Source: Tubiluchus corallicola
Taxonomy: Eukaryota; Animalia; Priapulida
DNA: 64,000 nt
NCBI GenBank assembly: GCA_030141605.1
Contig: JAQGDQ010000389.1
Location: 81,592-145,591, forward strand
Direction: 5' to 3'
Position numbers and translations under genes: made by a program
Notes under the pieces: model-generated
Seen by the model: only the letters and a program-made list of their open reading frames with translations
Databases searched by the model: none
What the model was told of the DNA's origin: nothing
In this document: piece by piece, positions 38,444 through 51,792 of the stretch
Position numbering within the stretch: the first letter of the stretch is position 1
How the letters are laid out: each line of letters begins with the position of its first letter

Positions 38444-38733
38444 TATTGTTAATTGTTATATACTACCATATTAAAACAAAGTTAACTACTTTGAAATGAT
38501 GTGCATCATTTGGCTCCTCAAGTTTGTATTGATTTTTTCTATTTCTGCTTGATTTATGATCAGATTGCTTGTCTATTGCACATGTATTAACGGCTAAGAT
38601 ATTAGCTGAAATTCAACAACCGCATGATATAACAGATGGTTGCTTTAATAATTCATTAACGGGGAACGTCAGGTTTCGCAAAAAATGTAGAGAAGCGTTT
38701 GGTAATAAAACTGCCATAAGCGCCTCATGTAAT

Positions 38734-39105
38734 CAGGGCCTATTTGAAGGGGAGGGGAAGTGGTGATACTTCCCCGGGGTCTCACCCTCCAGGGGGGCCT
38801 CGCGCCAAGGTAACATCTTTTTGCTTTATGCGAACATACTGCCTCCTCTCTCCCTCTTTTGCCGCACGCGCGCCGTTTGCCAGTATTGACAAGTATTAAG
38901 GACTGGTCTTGAAAATAAAGCAGTTTTTCTTTTAATTGTTCTTTTCCTTTAACAACTGTATAACTCCATATTTTCTCTTCGAAAATGCTTCTCCGGCGTT
39001 CTAGCAGTTCAAAAATTTTCTGGGCGCCCGGCACATCGGCCCACCCCCGATGGAGCCTCACACGCCCCACTTCCCCAGGCCTCGCCTAGGCTGAAATAGG
39101 CCCTG
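38734..39105. mobile_element. hAT-type MITE
   Basis: TIRs CAGGGCCTATTT / AAATAGGCCCTG; 8-bp TSD catgtaat / cgtgtaat. Confidence 0.88.
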
Positions 39106-39474
39106 CGTGTAATTAGTAAAATCATTTTAAAACCCCGATCACTTCATAGTTTCCATTTCCAATGCCCACCATTCTTCTTCCAATGACGTCATTCATCTTG
39201 AAGAAAAGTAGCGCAATGTCAGTCTTGCTCAAAAGTGTAACACGTTTTTACGAAAAAATACGGTTAGCTAATTTTGTAATATTTTTGCGTGATTTTTTCT
39301 CAGGTAAGCTCTGGAAGTTTGACTTCGTTTATGCAGCGCCCGCATAGGAAAAGCCATGAAACTCGTACGAAAAATCACAAAGTCTCCCAGTTACGTCATA
39401 AATTTTCAAATGAAAGGCGGCAAACTGAGAATTTCTATTCAGAGGTAGCAGATTTTACAATTTATGCTTTATAG

Positions 39475-39946
39475 CAGGGGTGTGCAAATTGCGGCCCACC
39501 GAGAGAATTTGTGTGGCTCGCGAAGAGATTTGTGAACCTAATGAAAGTGCGGCACGGGCGATTAATTGAGTGCATCCAGCTGAAGTCCGTGCCACGATCC
39601 CAAAGATAGTGCGGGTAGTTTTTTTCCACTAGATCGGATGCCATTAACCCTTACAAGACGGTTGTAGCTTAATGTCACTGTACTATATAGACTGTGTGAT
39701 ACACATTACTAATATGCATTGTAATGAAATTACCACTATCTGTCCTGAAAGTAGAAATATATGGTTTGTAATATAAATTTTAACAACTTCTAAAATAGTT
39801 TCTTGAGTATAGTAGTAATGATGTACGCAGTCGGATGCAAAAAAATCGTTATTAGGCCTTTCTGTACTTGGATCCTTGATGTGGCCCGCATGAATTGCGG
39901 GAAAGTTTAATGTGGCCTGGCTAGTCAGATGATTTGCACACCCCTG
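39475..39946 (+). mobile_element. hAT (Buster/Charlie-like) MITE copy 1
   Basis: TIRs CAGGGGTGTGCAAA / TTTGCACACCCCTG; perfect 8-bp TSD ctttatag (nnnTAnnn). Confidence 0.93.
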
Positions 39947-39990
39947 CTTTATAGGCAGTTCTTTGTAAATTTCTTTGTTACATTGTTCTA

Positions 39991-40262
39991 AGTTTAAGTG
40001 ATAACAGTAAAATAAACCCAACATACTGAGTGACTTGTTCTTTACTTTAGCACACCACAAACAGTTTAAGTGATAACAGTAAAATAAACACAACATACTG
40101 AGTGACTTGCTCTTTCCTTTAGCACACCACAAACAGTTTAGGTGATAACAGTAAAATAAACCCAACATACTATGTGACTTGTTCTTTCCTTTAGCACACC
40201 ACAAACAGTTTAGGTGATAACAGTAAAATAAACCCAACATACTGAGTGACTTGTTCTTTCTT
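39991..40262 (+). repeat. 72-bp minisatellite, about 3.8 copies
   Basis: agtttaagtgataacagtaaaataaaccc.. starts at 39991 and 40063, continuing with a 72-bp period. Confidence 0.95.
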
Positions 40263-40419
40263 TAAATTAAGCCAAACAAAAAGCAGAAATTTCCTTCCTG
40301 TTGGAATATTTACAGTTTTTAATATCATCAGGACTGAAGGGAGGGGGGGGAGGGGAGGCAAAACATGTCATTACTAGCGGTGAAGCGAGAAAAGAGATAA
40401 AATCACACGGTATGTTCAC

Positions 40420-40579
40420 CTCGCAAGTTTTAACACACTCGGAGAATCCTTCCGTATTCCGACGTCCGTAGCGAGCTAGTTCCTCGTTGGTTACGCTAAA
40501 ACTCTTAACGGTTTGCTTTAACATGGTCTTGTCAAGTTTAACCAGCCGCCACACGTCAACCAGATGTTGCATTAACATA
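40420..40579 (-). CDS. TMEM214: TMEM214 exon
   Basis: catttcag| ... |gtgaac, 160 nt, phase 2-0; MLMQHLVDVW..LKQTVKSFSVTNEEL..CVKTCE (compare TMEM214 LLLEHL..W..LQETIQS..TNQEL..C..ACK). Confidence 0.9.
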
Positions 40580-41175
40580 CTGAAATGTGCAAAACAAGAG
40601 AACATTGTACAGTGCCAAAATATGTAAAACAAGAGAACATTCAATAATAATAAAGGGCGCAAAACAAGAGAGCATTCAACGGTACTGAAATGTGCAAAAC
40701 AAGAGAACATTCAATAATAATAAAGGGTGCAAAACAAGAGAGCATTCAACGGTACTGAAATGTGCAAAACAAGAGAACATTCAATAATAATAAAGGGTGC
40801 AAAACAAGAGAGCATTCAATGGTACTGAAATATGCAAAACAAGAGAACATTCAATAAAAATGAAGGGCAGAAAAACAAGAGAGCATTCAATGGTACTGAA
40901 ATATGCAAAACAAGAGAACATTCAATAATAATGAAGGGCAGAAAAACAAGAGAGCATTAAACAGTGCTGAATGTGCAGAACAAGAACGCAAATAATAGTA
41001 ATGAAGAGTACAAAACAAGAGAGCAGTCAACAGTAGTAAAATATGCAAAACAAGAGAGCAGTCAACAGTAGTAAAATATGCAAAACAAGAGAGCAGTCAA
41101 CAGTACTGAAATATGCAAAACAAGAGAGCACACAACAATACTGAAAGAGAGCGTAGTGAAATATGTAAAACAATG
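40577..41175 (-). repeat. 35-bp (70-bp dimer) minisatellite built from a TMEM214 3' splice site
   Basis: On the minus strand the units contain ttctcttgttttgcacatttcagta; the last unit supplies the real acceptor at 40581-40580. Confidence 0.9.
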
Positions 41176-41324
41176 CTTTAACAAGGGTCCAAAATGCATC
41201 AAAAAATTAGCAATACTAGAAACAGATAAATGAAAAGAGAGAGAAAGGAGAGAAACGGCGAAGGAGAAAGAATAAACTAAGAAGTTTTAAAAAGGAATGG
41301 GATTTCTAATCAAAATTAAAGGAA

Positions 41325-42170
41325 AATGCGACACTCTTGGGAAGTTAAGCTTATTTTAATGTTGGAGAGAAATGTCAGTATAGCAAGCCATATCCAACAC
41401 TAAACCAAACAACACAAAACCACACAACACACCAAAACAAAGTTGAAGAAATGTCAGTATAGCAAGCCATATCCAACACTGAAGAGCCTATGTATACAGA
41501 CAGTTGTGGCAGGATGGAACCTAGCACTAATGCAACACTCTTGGGAAGTTAAGCTTATTTTAATGTTGGAGAGAAATGTCAGTATCAGCAAGCCATATCC
41601 AACACTGAAGAGAAGAGCCTATGTATACAGACAGTTGTGGCAGGATGGAACCTAGCACTAATGCGACACTCTTGGGAAGTTAAGCTTATTTTAATGTTGG
41701 AGAGAAATGTCAGTATTAGCAAGCCATATCCAACACTGAAGAGCCTATGTAATACAGACAGTTGTGGCAGGATGGAACCTAGCACTAATGCAACACTCTT
41801 GGGAAGTTAAGCTTATTTTAATGTTGGAGAGAAATGTCAGTATCAGCAAGCCATATCCAACACTGAAGAGAAGAGCCTATGTATACAGACAGTTGTGGCA
41901 GGATGGAACCTAGCACTAATGCGACACTCCTGGGAAGTTAAGCTTATTTTAATGTTCGAGACAAATGTCAGTATTAGCAAGCCATATCCAACACTGAAGA
42001 GCCTATGTAATACAGACAGTTGTGGCAGGATGGAACCTAGCACTAATGCAACACTCCTGGGAAGTTAAGCTTATTTTAATGTTTGAAAGAAATGTCAGTA
42101 TTAGCAAGCCACATCCAACACTGAAGAGCCTATGTAATACAGACAGTTGTGGCAGGATGGAACCTAGCAC
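41325..42170 (+). repeat. About 129-bp minisatellite (258-bp dimer), about 6 copies
   Basis: Unit aatgcgacactcttgggaagttaagctt..ggaacctagcact; near-identical spurious ORFs lie 258 bp apart. Confidence 0.93.
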
Positions 42171-42583
42171 TTCACCAATGATAATTGTTTAAAATGGGAC
42201 ACTGAACCAGCAGAGAGTCTTAGCCACATATTAACATGAAAAACAGCCAGAATCGGCATGAAAATCACTCAGAAGCAGTTCTGCAGATGGTCACTCATCC
42301 ATTTTCTGACCAAAACTCGCCATTGTCTAACTTTCGTCACAAAGCACATGCTTTGACCACTCAGCTATTCTTCTCTTCACTGCCCACAGAGTTTTCAATT
42401 CACTGCAGTAACAAAGTGGGTAAGGGCGCAAAGCGGTTAAAATGAAAAAAATTGTCTTTGACCTTGACTCTGACCTTGAGCGCAAAGGGCGGATCTACGA
42501 ACTGGAGATTTAATTTCAGCCTCATATTTAGAAAGTTTAAGGCGCTCGCAGGGAAAACTTTACTAGTTATTCACTATTCTGAA

Positions 42584-42897
42584 TCTCCATTTCATGAGGA
42601 TCATTTTGACACCAAGTTCATCACTTTATGTTATTTCTAAGCTGAGATAATCCACATTGAAGCTGAGGTGCAGGTTGCACACTGAAAAACATAACCTTGA
42701 GAAAATCACTGTTAAAATTTGCCATTGTTCTAGATATTCACATATCCTAAGTCTCCATTTCATGAGGATCATTTTGGTACCAAGCTCATCGCTCTATGTT
42801 TTTTGTAAGCTGAGTTAATCCACGTTGAAGTTGAGGTGCAGGCTGCACACTGAAAAACTTAACCTTGAGAAAATCACTGTTAAAATTTGCCATTGTT
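42584..42897 (+). repeat. Direct duplication of about 145 bp (about 169-bp period)
   Basis: tctccatttcatgaggatcattttg..aaaatttgccattgtt occurs twice. Confidence 0.85.
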
Positions 42898-43377
42898 TTT
42901 TGTCGCGTTTCTACAAAACACTTAGCAACCGCACAAATGTTGGTTGCTATGAACTTTGCAAGAACACATTGAAGTTATTTTTAAATCCAGTAGATGGCTC
43001 TACCTGACGCAGATCTGAGATTGGTCACCCGAAGCAAAATGACTGCTTGCATGAGCTACTATCAGAGTTTGAAAAAACGAGTTTTTTGCTATTGCAGTAC
43101 TAGTTTCAAACCAGAAAAGTTGGTATGGGATTATAAGATTAGTTTCTTAGTATTTTTTAACATCTTCTTGATAATTTGATGCTAGAACAAAAAATACCAA
43201 TATGCCAAGCATCTGTTTTTACAAAAAAAATTGACATTTGTCAAATTATTTTATATTCTACTTCGAAGCATCATAAAGTAGTAAAAGTGTGCCAATTTAT
43301 GCGCAGTTTTGATTGCAAACACAAATTTCTTGTACAATTTCGGATGCGTAACCAAATATGCCTTGAAATTCACTTAC

Positions 43378-43469
43378 GCTGACTGCACTAGATGTTTTGT
43401 GTACATTTGTCTCCAGGGAGTGTAGCAACGATTGTCCTTCATTAGACAAGTCACTAAACACGCAAGAAG
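43378..43469 (-). CDS. TMEM214: TMEM214 exon
   Basis: attttcag| ... |gtaagt, 92 nt, phase 0-2; LLACLVTCLMKDNRCYTPWRQMYTKHLVQS (compare LL..L..CL..D....WRQLY.KHL.QS). Confidence 0.95.
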
Positions 43470-43652
43470 CTGAAAATATCAAAACTTTCTACATAAAAAT
43501 GCTAAAGCAAAAACCGGACACAACCTTAAACTGCACGTCAAAACAATCTACTCTTTAAAATGATGAAAGCAGACATACTATTTTTCTTTCAAAAATGACT
43601 TACATGTATGAATTATTACCACACAAACACAATTTTACGTTCACGCCACTTC

Positions 43653-43849
43653 TTCACTGTTACGTGCATTCTGCTAGTTAGATGGGCACTCACGCCCGCA
43701 TTTCAAGAACATTTTGATAAAAGCACTGATGCTGTACCTCTCAAATGAACACCTCTGCATCGAAAGATATTTATTGTGCAACACCTTTCCGAGATACAGG
43801 CACTAGTGCCCATCTAACTAGCGCGTAGCGAAACACACGTAACAGTGAA
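43653..43849. repeat. Short foldback / MITE-like inverted repeat
   Basis: ttcactgttacgtg..gctagttagatgggcact pairs with agtgcccatctaactagc..cacgtaacagtgaa. Confidence 0.75.
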
Positions 43850-43873
43850 TAACTCGTTCATAAAGCCATTCTT

Positions 43874-46280
43874 ATGTCTCATTAAACACTACATATTATA
43901 GACAAAGTCACGTCTCATTAAACACTGCTTATTATAGACAAAGTCACGTCTCATTAAACACTACATATTATAGACAAAGTCATGTCTCATTAAACACTAC
44001 ATATTATAGACAAAGTCATGTCTCATTAAACACTGCTTATCATAGACAAAGTCATGTCTCATTAAACACTGCTTATTACAGACAAAGTTATGTCTCATTA
44101 AACACTACATATCATAGACAAAGTTATGTCTCATTAAACACTGCTTATTACAGACAAAGTTATGTCTCATTAAACACTGCTTATTACAGACAAAGTTATG
44201 TCTCATTAAACACTGCTTATTACAGACAAAGTTATGTCTCATTAAACACTACATATCATAGACAAAGTTATGTCTCATTAAACACTGCTTATTACAGACA
44301 AAGTTATGTCTCATTAAACACTGCTTATCATAGACAAAGTTATGTCTCATTAAACACTACATATCATAGACAAAGTTATGTCTCATTAAACACTGCTTAT
44401 TACAGACAAAGTTATGTCTCATTAAACACTGCTTATCATAGACAAAGTCATGTCTCATTAAACACTGCTTATTACAGACAAAGTCATGTCTCATTAAACA
44501 CTACATATTATAGACAAAGTCATGTCTCATTAAACACTGCTTATCATAGACAAAGTTATGTCTCATTAAACACTGCTTATTACAGACAAAGTCATGTCTC
44601 ATTAAACACTACATATCATAGACAAAGTCATGTCTCATTAAACACTACATATCATAGACAAAGTCATGTCTCATTAAACACTGCTTATCATAGACAAAGT
44701 CATGTCTCATTAAACACTGCTTATTATAGACAAAGTTATGTCTCATTAAACACTGCTTATCATAGACAAAGTCATGTCTCATTAAACACTGCTTATTACA
44801 GACAAAGTTATGTCTCATTAAACACTGCTTATCATAGACAAAGTCATGTCTCATTAAACACTGCTTATTACAGACAAAGTCATGTCTCATTAAACACTGC
44901 TTATTACAGACAAAGTCATGTCTCATTAAACACTACATATTATAGACAAAGTTATGTCTCATTAAACACTGCTTATCATAGACAAAGTTATGTCTCATTA
45001 AACACTGCTTATCATAGACAAAGTCATGTCTCATTAAACACTGCTTATTACAGACAAAGTCATGTCTCATTAAACACTACATATCATAGACAAAGTCATG
45101 TCTCATTAAACACTACATATCATAGACAAAGTCATGTCTCATTAAACACTGCTTATCATAGACAAAGTCATGTCTCATTAAACACTGCTTATTACAGACA
45201 AAGTTGTCTCATTAAACACTGCTTATCATAGACAAAGTCATGTCTCATTAATCACTGCTTATTACAGACAAAGTTATGTCTCATTAAACACTGCTTATCA
45301 TAGACAAAGTCATGTCTCATTAAACACTGCTTATTACAGACAAAGTTATGTCTCATTAAACACTGCTTATTACAGACAAAGTCATGTCTCATTAAACACT
45401 GCTTATTACAGACAAAGTCATGTCTCATTAAACACTACATATTATAGACAAAGTTATGTCTCATTAAACACTGCTTATCATAGACAAAGTCATGTCTCAT
45501 TAAACACTGCTTATTACAGACAAAGTTATGTCTCATTAAACACTGCTTATCATAGACAAAGTCATGTCTCATTAAACACTGCTTATCATAGACAAAGTCA
45601 TGTCTCATTAAACACTGCTTATTACAGACAAAGTCATGTCTCATTAAACACTGCTTATCATAGACAAAGTCATGTCTCATTAAACACTGCTTATTACAGA
45701 CAAAGTTATGTCTCATTAAACACTACATATCATAGACAAAGTTATGTCTCATTAAACACTGCTTATCATAGACAAAGTCATGTCTCATTAAACACTGCTT
45801 ATTACAGACAAAGTTATGTCTCATTAAACACTGCTTATTACAGACAAAGTCATGTCTCATTAAACACTGCTTATCATAGACAAAGTCATGTCTCATTAAA
45901 CACTGCTTATCATAGACAAAGTCATGTCTCATTAAACACTACATATTATAGACAAAGTTATGTCTCATTAAACACTGCTTATCATAGACAAAGTCATGTC
46001 TCATTAAACACTGCTTATTACAGACAAAGTTATGTCTCATTAAACACTGCTTATCATAGACAAAGTCATGTCTCATTAAACACTGCTTATTACAGACAAA
46101 GTTATGTCTCATTAAACACTACATATTATAGACAAAGTTATGTCTCATTAAACACTGCTTATTACAGACAAAGTTATGTCTCGTTAAACACTGCTTATTA
46201 CAGACAAAGTCATGTCTCATTAAACACTGCTTATTACAGACAAAGTCATGTCTCATTAAACACTACACATCATAGACAAA
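43874..46280 (+). repeat. 36-bp minisatellite, about 67 copies
   Basis: Unit tgtctcattaaacactgcttattacagacaaagtca with a few recurring variants. Confidence 0.98.
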
Positions 46281-46292
46281 TACAGAACCTAC

Positions 46293-46388
46293 CTCATCTT
46301 GCAATGCCGTGGGACAACTGCTACTTACTCTGGCTAGTAAAGACGGGAAAAATGAAACCATATTCGAATAATTTCCAAAAGCAATCGT
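46293..46388 (-). CDS. TMEM214: TMEM214 exon
   Basis: ttttttcag| ... |gtaggt, 96 nt, phase 0-0; TIAFG..FFPSLLARVSSSCPTALQDE (compare LAFG..YFPSFLSRATPSCP..KKE). Confidence 0.95.
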
Positions 46389-46860
46389 CTGAAAAAAGAA
46401 GAAAAAGGTTCAGTTTGCTAAACAGCTGTAGGCCCAGATTTATAAAACTATCAGTTATTATTAGACACGTGTGCTTGGCTGTGAAGTTAATCAGCACAGA
46501 CCTGGCATGTGAATAGATGGGGACAACTACTACTACGTATGGCAGGGTAACTGAACTCAATATTATTGTGCCTTTTTAATTGTTGTACTAGTACATAATT
46601 TTTAAATAAAACCGTATTATGTTGAAACCAATTTCAGGCAATTTTTTAATGTTTTTGCACCACAATTTTACCACAAAATTCATCAAAACTTTCCGATTTA
46701 CTGAAACTTGCAAGTGCATTCCAAATTTTTGATGTTTGCAGACAAATTTCGTAATAAAATTCAATAAATGCCAACACAACTTATCAATTTAATAGATTTA
46801 ACGCTTTACACCCGAGCAACTACCACACCACAAACACTTGATAAATTTAAATAAACTTAC

Positions 46861-47002
46861 TTTGATTTTTGGATACAGAGCCAGCAGCCGCTTTTGCGCA
46901 GTCGAAGATAAACACGGATTCGGCCTAAAAACTAAGTCCAAATACGAGAAATATTCCCTCATACCAATAGCCTGATACGCCGACGTCAGGTTGTCATGAC
47001 AA
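46861..47002 (-). CDS. TMEM214: TMEM214 exon
   Basis: ttggttag| ... |gtaagt, 142 nt, phase 2-0; HDNLTSAYQAIGMREYFSYLDLVF.PN..L..LYPKIK. Confidence 0.93.
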
Positions 47003-48770
47003 CTAACCAACAAAAAATTTTGCTAGCATTAACAGTATCGCAGAATATAGAGCTAGAAATAAAGGTGAGATTGAATAAACTAATGTATAAATAATTTAAT
47101 ACAGCAACCACGAAAATTCACTCATCTGTTTTAGCAGTAAACTATTCGATGTGTTGATCAAACTTAAGATTATTTTGAAGTTTAATACCCAATAGCATTA
47201 TGACATTTTTAACAAGCACAACATCTAATATTATAGGAAGGGGGAACAGATCTGCGCGGATCAAAATGCACGACATCACACTTTTTAACGTTAATAATCA
47301 TATGACTGTCATACGACAAAGTGACTAATTCCGTGGCCATGAGCCTTTTCACAGTTTCTTTACGCAAACGCTCAGTCGCTGTAGGTCAAAGGTTAAGTGT
47401 ACCACAACAATGCATCTTAACTATAACGGTCACATGACGTGTGGCTAAGATAAAACATCAGTTTAGTACCTTTGCATGGACTTTACTGAATTATACATTA
47501 GTCTTGCATAGAGTGACTTTCTAGCTAACTTACCTGTTAAAACTGTTACTATTACAATAGCATGGAGTGCAAAGCATTATCAAGTGTACGCAAATGTTTT
47601 GTCTCGTACACTTAACCTTTGACCTTTTCACAATCGTCGTCAATCGCTGGAACTGTGAAAAGGCTTACTGTATCTCTATCAAAGTTTGGGAAATCCTTCT
47701 GCGGAAACCACAAAATCTGGCAAACTATCAGCACCTCTTGACAGTCATAACTAATATAAAATCACAACTCGTTTGTACTACAATCAATGTCCGCCATATT
47801 CCAACAAAATATTGTAGCGTTAAATACGTTATTTCTATTGAAAAAAATAATGAAAAAGGCTATTTTACAAATTTGCATTCAATTCTGTAGTTCTAGACTT
47901 TACTAAACACAAAGATTAAGTAAACCTAATTTGGTAATTTTACTAATTTATACTATGTAACACGTTCTATCAAATTATAAGACTGTCATTAAGTAAACTA
48001 AAATGTTCAAAGTGATCAGTTCAATCAAAATAATACAAAACGATGTATTTACTTACATCGTATGTTTCCATAAAGCAAATCTAGTATTTACCAATATATC
48101 TGACAAATTATGCCACTACCATACTGTGAAAAACTACTTTTAAAGAAGCCTGTTAACATCTACCAACTAACTCACTTCCCAGGTAGAAACAGATCTGCAC
48201 AGGTGAGTGATCGTGGTCACGTGACCAACGAGATGCTCAGCAAAATTCCCTACATCATTAATTTACTAATTGCTTAATTAGCCTCTTCATTGCCTCTATG
48301 GTGAGATGCTACAATCACGATTAAACTAAGCCAGTAATAATAAAATATACACAAACCACCTCACAGGTTAACCAACTGAAATTAAACATTGGTGCTGCTC
48401 TCTGTTGGAAAAAAAGTTAAACTACAAAGCATAAAAGATTTAGATGCAAAAACGTACTAAACTTTCTACAAAAAAGATTACTGCTATTGCTAGCTATGCG
48501 CTTCCAGTTTGATGCATTTTAATCTTTTCGCTGCTTTATGACAGCTGCAGAAGCAGCAATTTTGACAGCGACGGCAGCAGTCGTACCGGTAGTGACAATG
48601 GTGATGATGGTGGTGGTGTTGGCAGTGGTGGCAGCTGAAGTAATGATGACGATAGTCTAACATAACTGTCAATCAGGGTTCCCACAAAATTTTAAAATAA
48701 ATTTTTCCATCTTTTCCATGACTTTTCCCTGACCAAATATTGATTTTCCATAACCAAGATAAGCAGAAAT

Positions 48771-48856
48771 TAACGTAGCCACTGGGGGGGGGGGGGGGGG
48801 GCAAGCCAGCCCAACTCAGTGCCGGTCCCAAGCCCGGATAAATAGGGAGGGTTAGG
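48771..48856 (+). ncRNA. Twister ribozyme motif (P1 type, 5' P1 strand absent)
   Basis: T^AA-CGTA-GCC-[ACTGGG..CTCAGT]-GCCGGTCCCAAGCCCGG-ATAAA-TAGG-GAGGG matches the recalled twister core. Confidence 0.8.
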
Positions 48857-49276
48857 GTCAGGAAGGGCATCCACCTGTAAAAACGGCACCAAAACCGTCT
48901 ATGAATGAGTCGGTGATACTTAAAGGGAAAGTCCACAAAGATGTGGTCAGACCCACTCTAATCTATGGGCTGGAAGCAGCTTCTCTAAAGAAGACCGAAG
49001 AGAAGAAAATGGGTGTGGTGGAGATGAGGATGTTGAGATGGATGGTGGGAATAACAAGACGAGATAAAATTAGAAATAATAAAATCAGAGGAACAGTAAA
49101 AGTAGTGGAAGCCTCGCAAGATTGCGATGGTATGGACACCTGAAAAGAAGAGTCGGTGAAGATCATGTGGGAAGGGAAGTCATAAATGAACAGATGGTCA
49201 ACAACAGGAATGCGTGGAGAAGACTCATTCACAACGGCGACCCCGCATAGGGAAAAGCTGGGAAGAAGAAGAAGAA
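48772..49276 (+). mobile_element. Internally deleted RTE non-LTR retrotransposon (5' UTR joined to 3' end)
   Basis: ORF remnant KGKVHKDVVRPTLIYGLE..EMRMLRWMVGITRRDKIRN; (GAA)n tail; TSD aagcagaaatt / aagccgaaaatt; interrupts a 265-bp unit. Confidence 0.9.
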
Positions 49277-50207
49277 AAGCCGAAAATTGCATCACTAGTA
49301 TACGTATTCAAACATTTTTGTGTATGTACATTCATACGTATACTGATATGTAATGTCGGTCCATCCACGATGATTACTCCTGAAAACCTTTCCAGTTTTC
49401 CCGAATTTTCTCCCCATTTTCCGGACTTTTTATAAAACTGTCTTTTTAACGACTTTTCCATAACTTTCCAGAATAGCCTGTAGTTTGAAGGATTTTCCAT
49501 GACTTTTCCCTGACCAAACATTTATTTTCCATGACCAAGATAAGCAGAAAATTGCATCACTAGTATACGTATTCAAACATTTTTGTGTATGTACATTCAT
49601 ACGTATACTGATATGTAATGTCGGTCCATCCACGATGATTACTCCTGAAAACCTTTCCAGTTTTCCCGAATTTTCTCCCCATTTTCCGGACTTTTTATAA
49701 AACTGTCTTTTTAACGACTTTTCCATAACTTTCCAGAATAGCCTGTAGTTTGAAGGATTTTCCATGACTTTTCCCTGACCAAACATTTATTTTCCATGAC
49801 CAAGATAAGCAGAAATTGCATCACTAGTATACGTATTCAAACATTTATGTGTATGGACATTCATACGTATACTGATATGTAATGTCGGTCCATCACACGG
49901 TGATTACTCCTGAAAACCTTTCCAATTTTCCCGAATTTTCTCCCCATTTTTGCAACTTTTTATAAAACCGTCTTTTTTAACGACTTTCCATGACTTTCCA
50001 GAATAGCCTGTAGTTTCAAGGATTTTCCAGGATTCTCCCTGACCAGTGGGAGAGGTTGTAGTAACAACGTAACGCTGCAGAATTAGTAACAGCATACTCT
50101 TATACTCAAAAATATTCGAGGCACTACATCCAGAGTGAAAACCGTTTAGTAATAAGGAGGTTAGTTCTGCCTAATTACCCGTCTGCTCAAAAAACAAAGT
50201 TACCAAC

Positions 50208-50289
50208 CTGAACAAGTTCTCACGACAAGTTATGATGTAGTTCGTTAAACTTCGTATTCCCAACAACGGAAACAAAGCTTGCTCCCAAA
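50208..50289 (-). CDS. TMEM214: TMEM214 exon
   Basis: tatttccag| ... |gttggt, 82 nt, phase 1-2; IWEQALFPLLGIRSLTNYIIT (compare VWLGIMLPVLGIKSLSPFAIT). Confidence 0.9.
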
Positions 50290-50807
50290 CTGGAAATAAC
50301 CACAAGCTGTCAAACATTTCGTTTCTGATTAACCCATTCAGTTGTGTGTCAAGTAATTGTTGTAAATTAATTAAAATCTGTTCATTAAAAAAATTGATTT
50401 TGCTATTAACAGTACAGTAGAACCGCTTAATGCCACCTGAATTATGAATTTATTCCACAGCAACTCAAACATACATACAAATTGATATTACATTGAAGAA
50501 AAAACAAAAAAACTATGCGAGTTACTGTGAGGAGGGAGAAGGGGCATTGAGCTTTCGAGTCCTCCTCCAGATAAGTGAAACAATTGACAATTAACATTAC
50601 ATTTTCATCAGTTATAGCGTACATTAGAAGAAAATAAGTTTTGTTAGTAACTTAAGATCAGGATGAGTAAAATTGTGAGTTAATTATACCGTTTTAGTAG
50701 GTAATTCTTTGATGCTTTTTTTAAATTGATAAAGATTAAGAGTTATCAATTCACCTGCTTTAAGACTGCAAAAAATTTGGCACAAAGGGAGTTTGGCATA
50801 CTGCATA

Positions 50808-51473
<666 letters not shown>

Positions 51474-51686
51474 CTACATACATGTCTATACAAATGTAGA
51501 CATTTTGCTTTGTCAAAAATTTAAGTTTTAAGCGTAGTGGTTATTATAAAGGGGGGGGGGCATTATAACAAGGTAATTAACATGAATCAGAGAGCAAGTA
51601 ACTGTTAATATCCAAGCAATAAATGCTTCCTGTCTATCGCAGCTCAAACTCCAGATTGAGATTATCCAAAAATATGGAAACCTTAC

Positions 51687-51792
51687 TTTCTAATCCTCTG
51701 GATAAATCCTTGTGTCCCGGTTGCACAACGCTCCAGATAACCCTCAGGCAAAATGCTGGGTTCTTCTGATTGGCTCGTATCATCTCTAAATA
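51687..51792 (-). CDS. TMEM214: TMEM214 exon
   Basis: tttgttttag| ... |gtaagg, 106 nt, phase 0-1; YLEMIRANQKNPAFCLRVIWSVVQPGHKDLSRGLE (compare FLELLRSHQSRPAKCLTIMWALGQAGFANLTEGLK). Confidence 0.93.

Larger units (their letters stand above)
48674..50051. repeat. 265-bp tandem repeat (about 3 copies) inside a probable DNA-transposon relic
   Basis: Units start near 49287, 49552 and 49817, with a partial unit at 48711-48771; begins CAGGGTTCCCAC and has ttttccatgac subterminal motifs; right terminus only a partial match. Confidence 0.8.

Noticed and set aside
41400-41447. C/A-rich stretch interrupting the 129-bp array
   Set aside because: Looks like a low-quality read or assembly junction rather than biology; not verifiable here.
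41480-42170. Hammerhead ribozyme in the 129-bp repeat (CTGAAGA-gcc..ggc)
   Set aside because: No GAAA after the putative stem II and no stem III or cleavage triplet.
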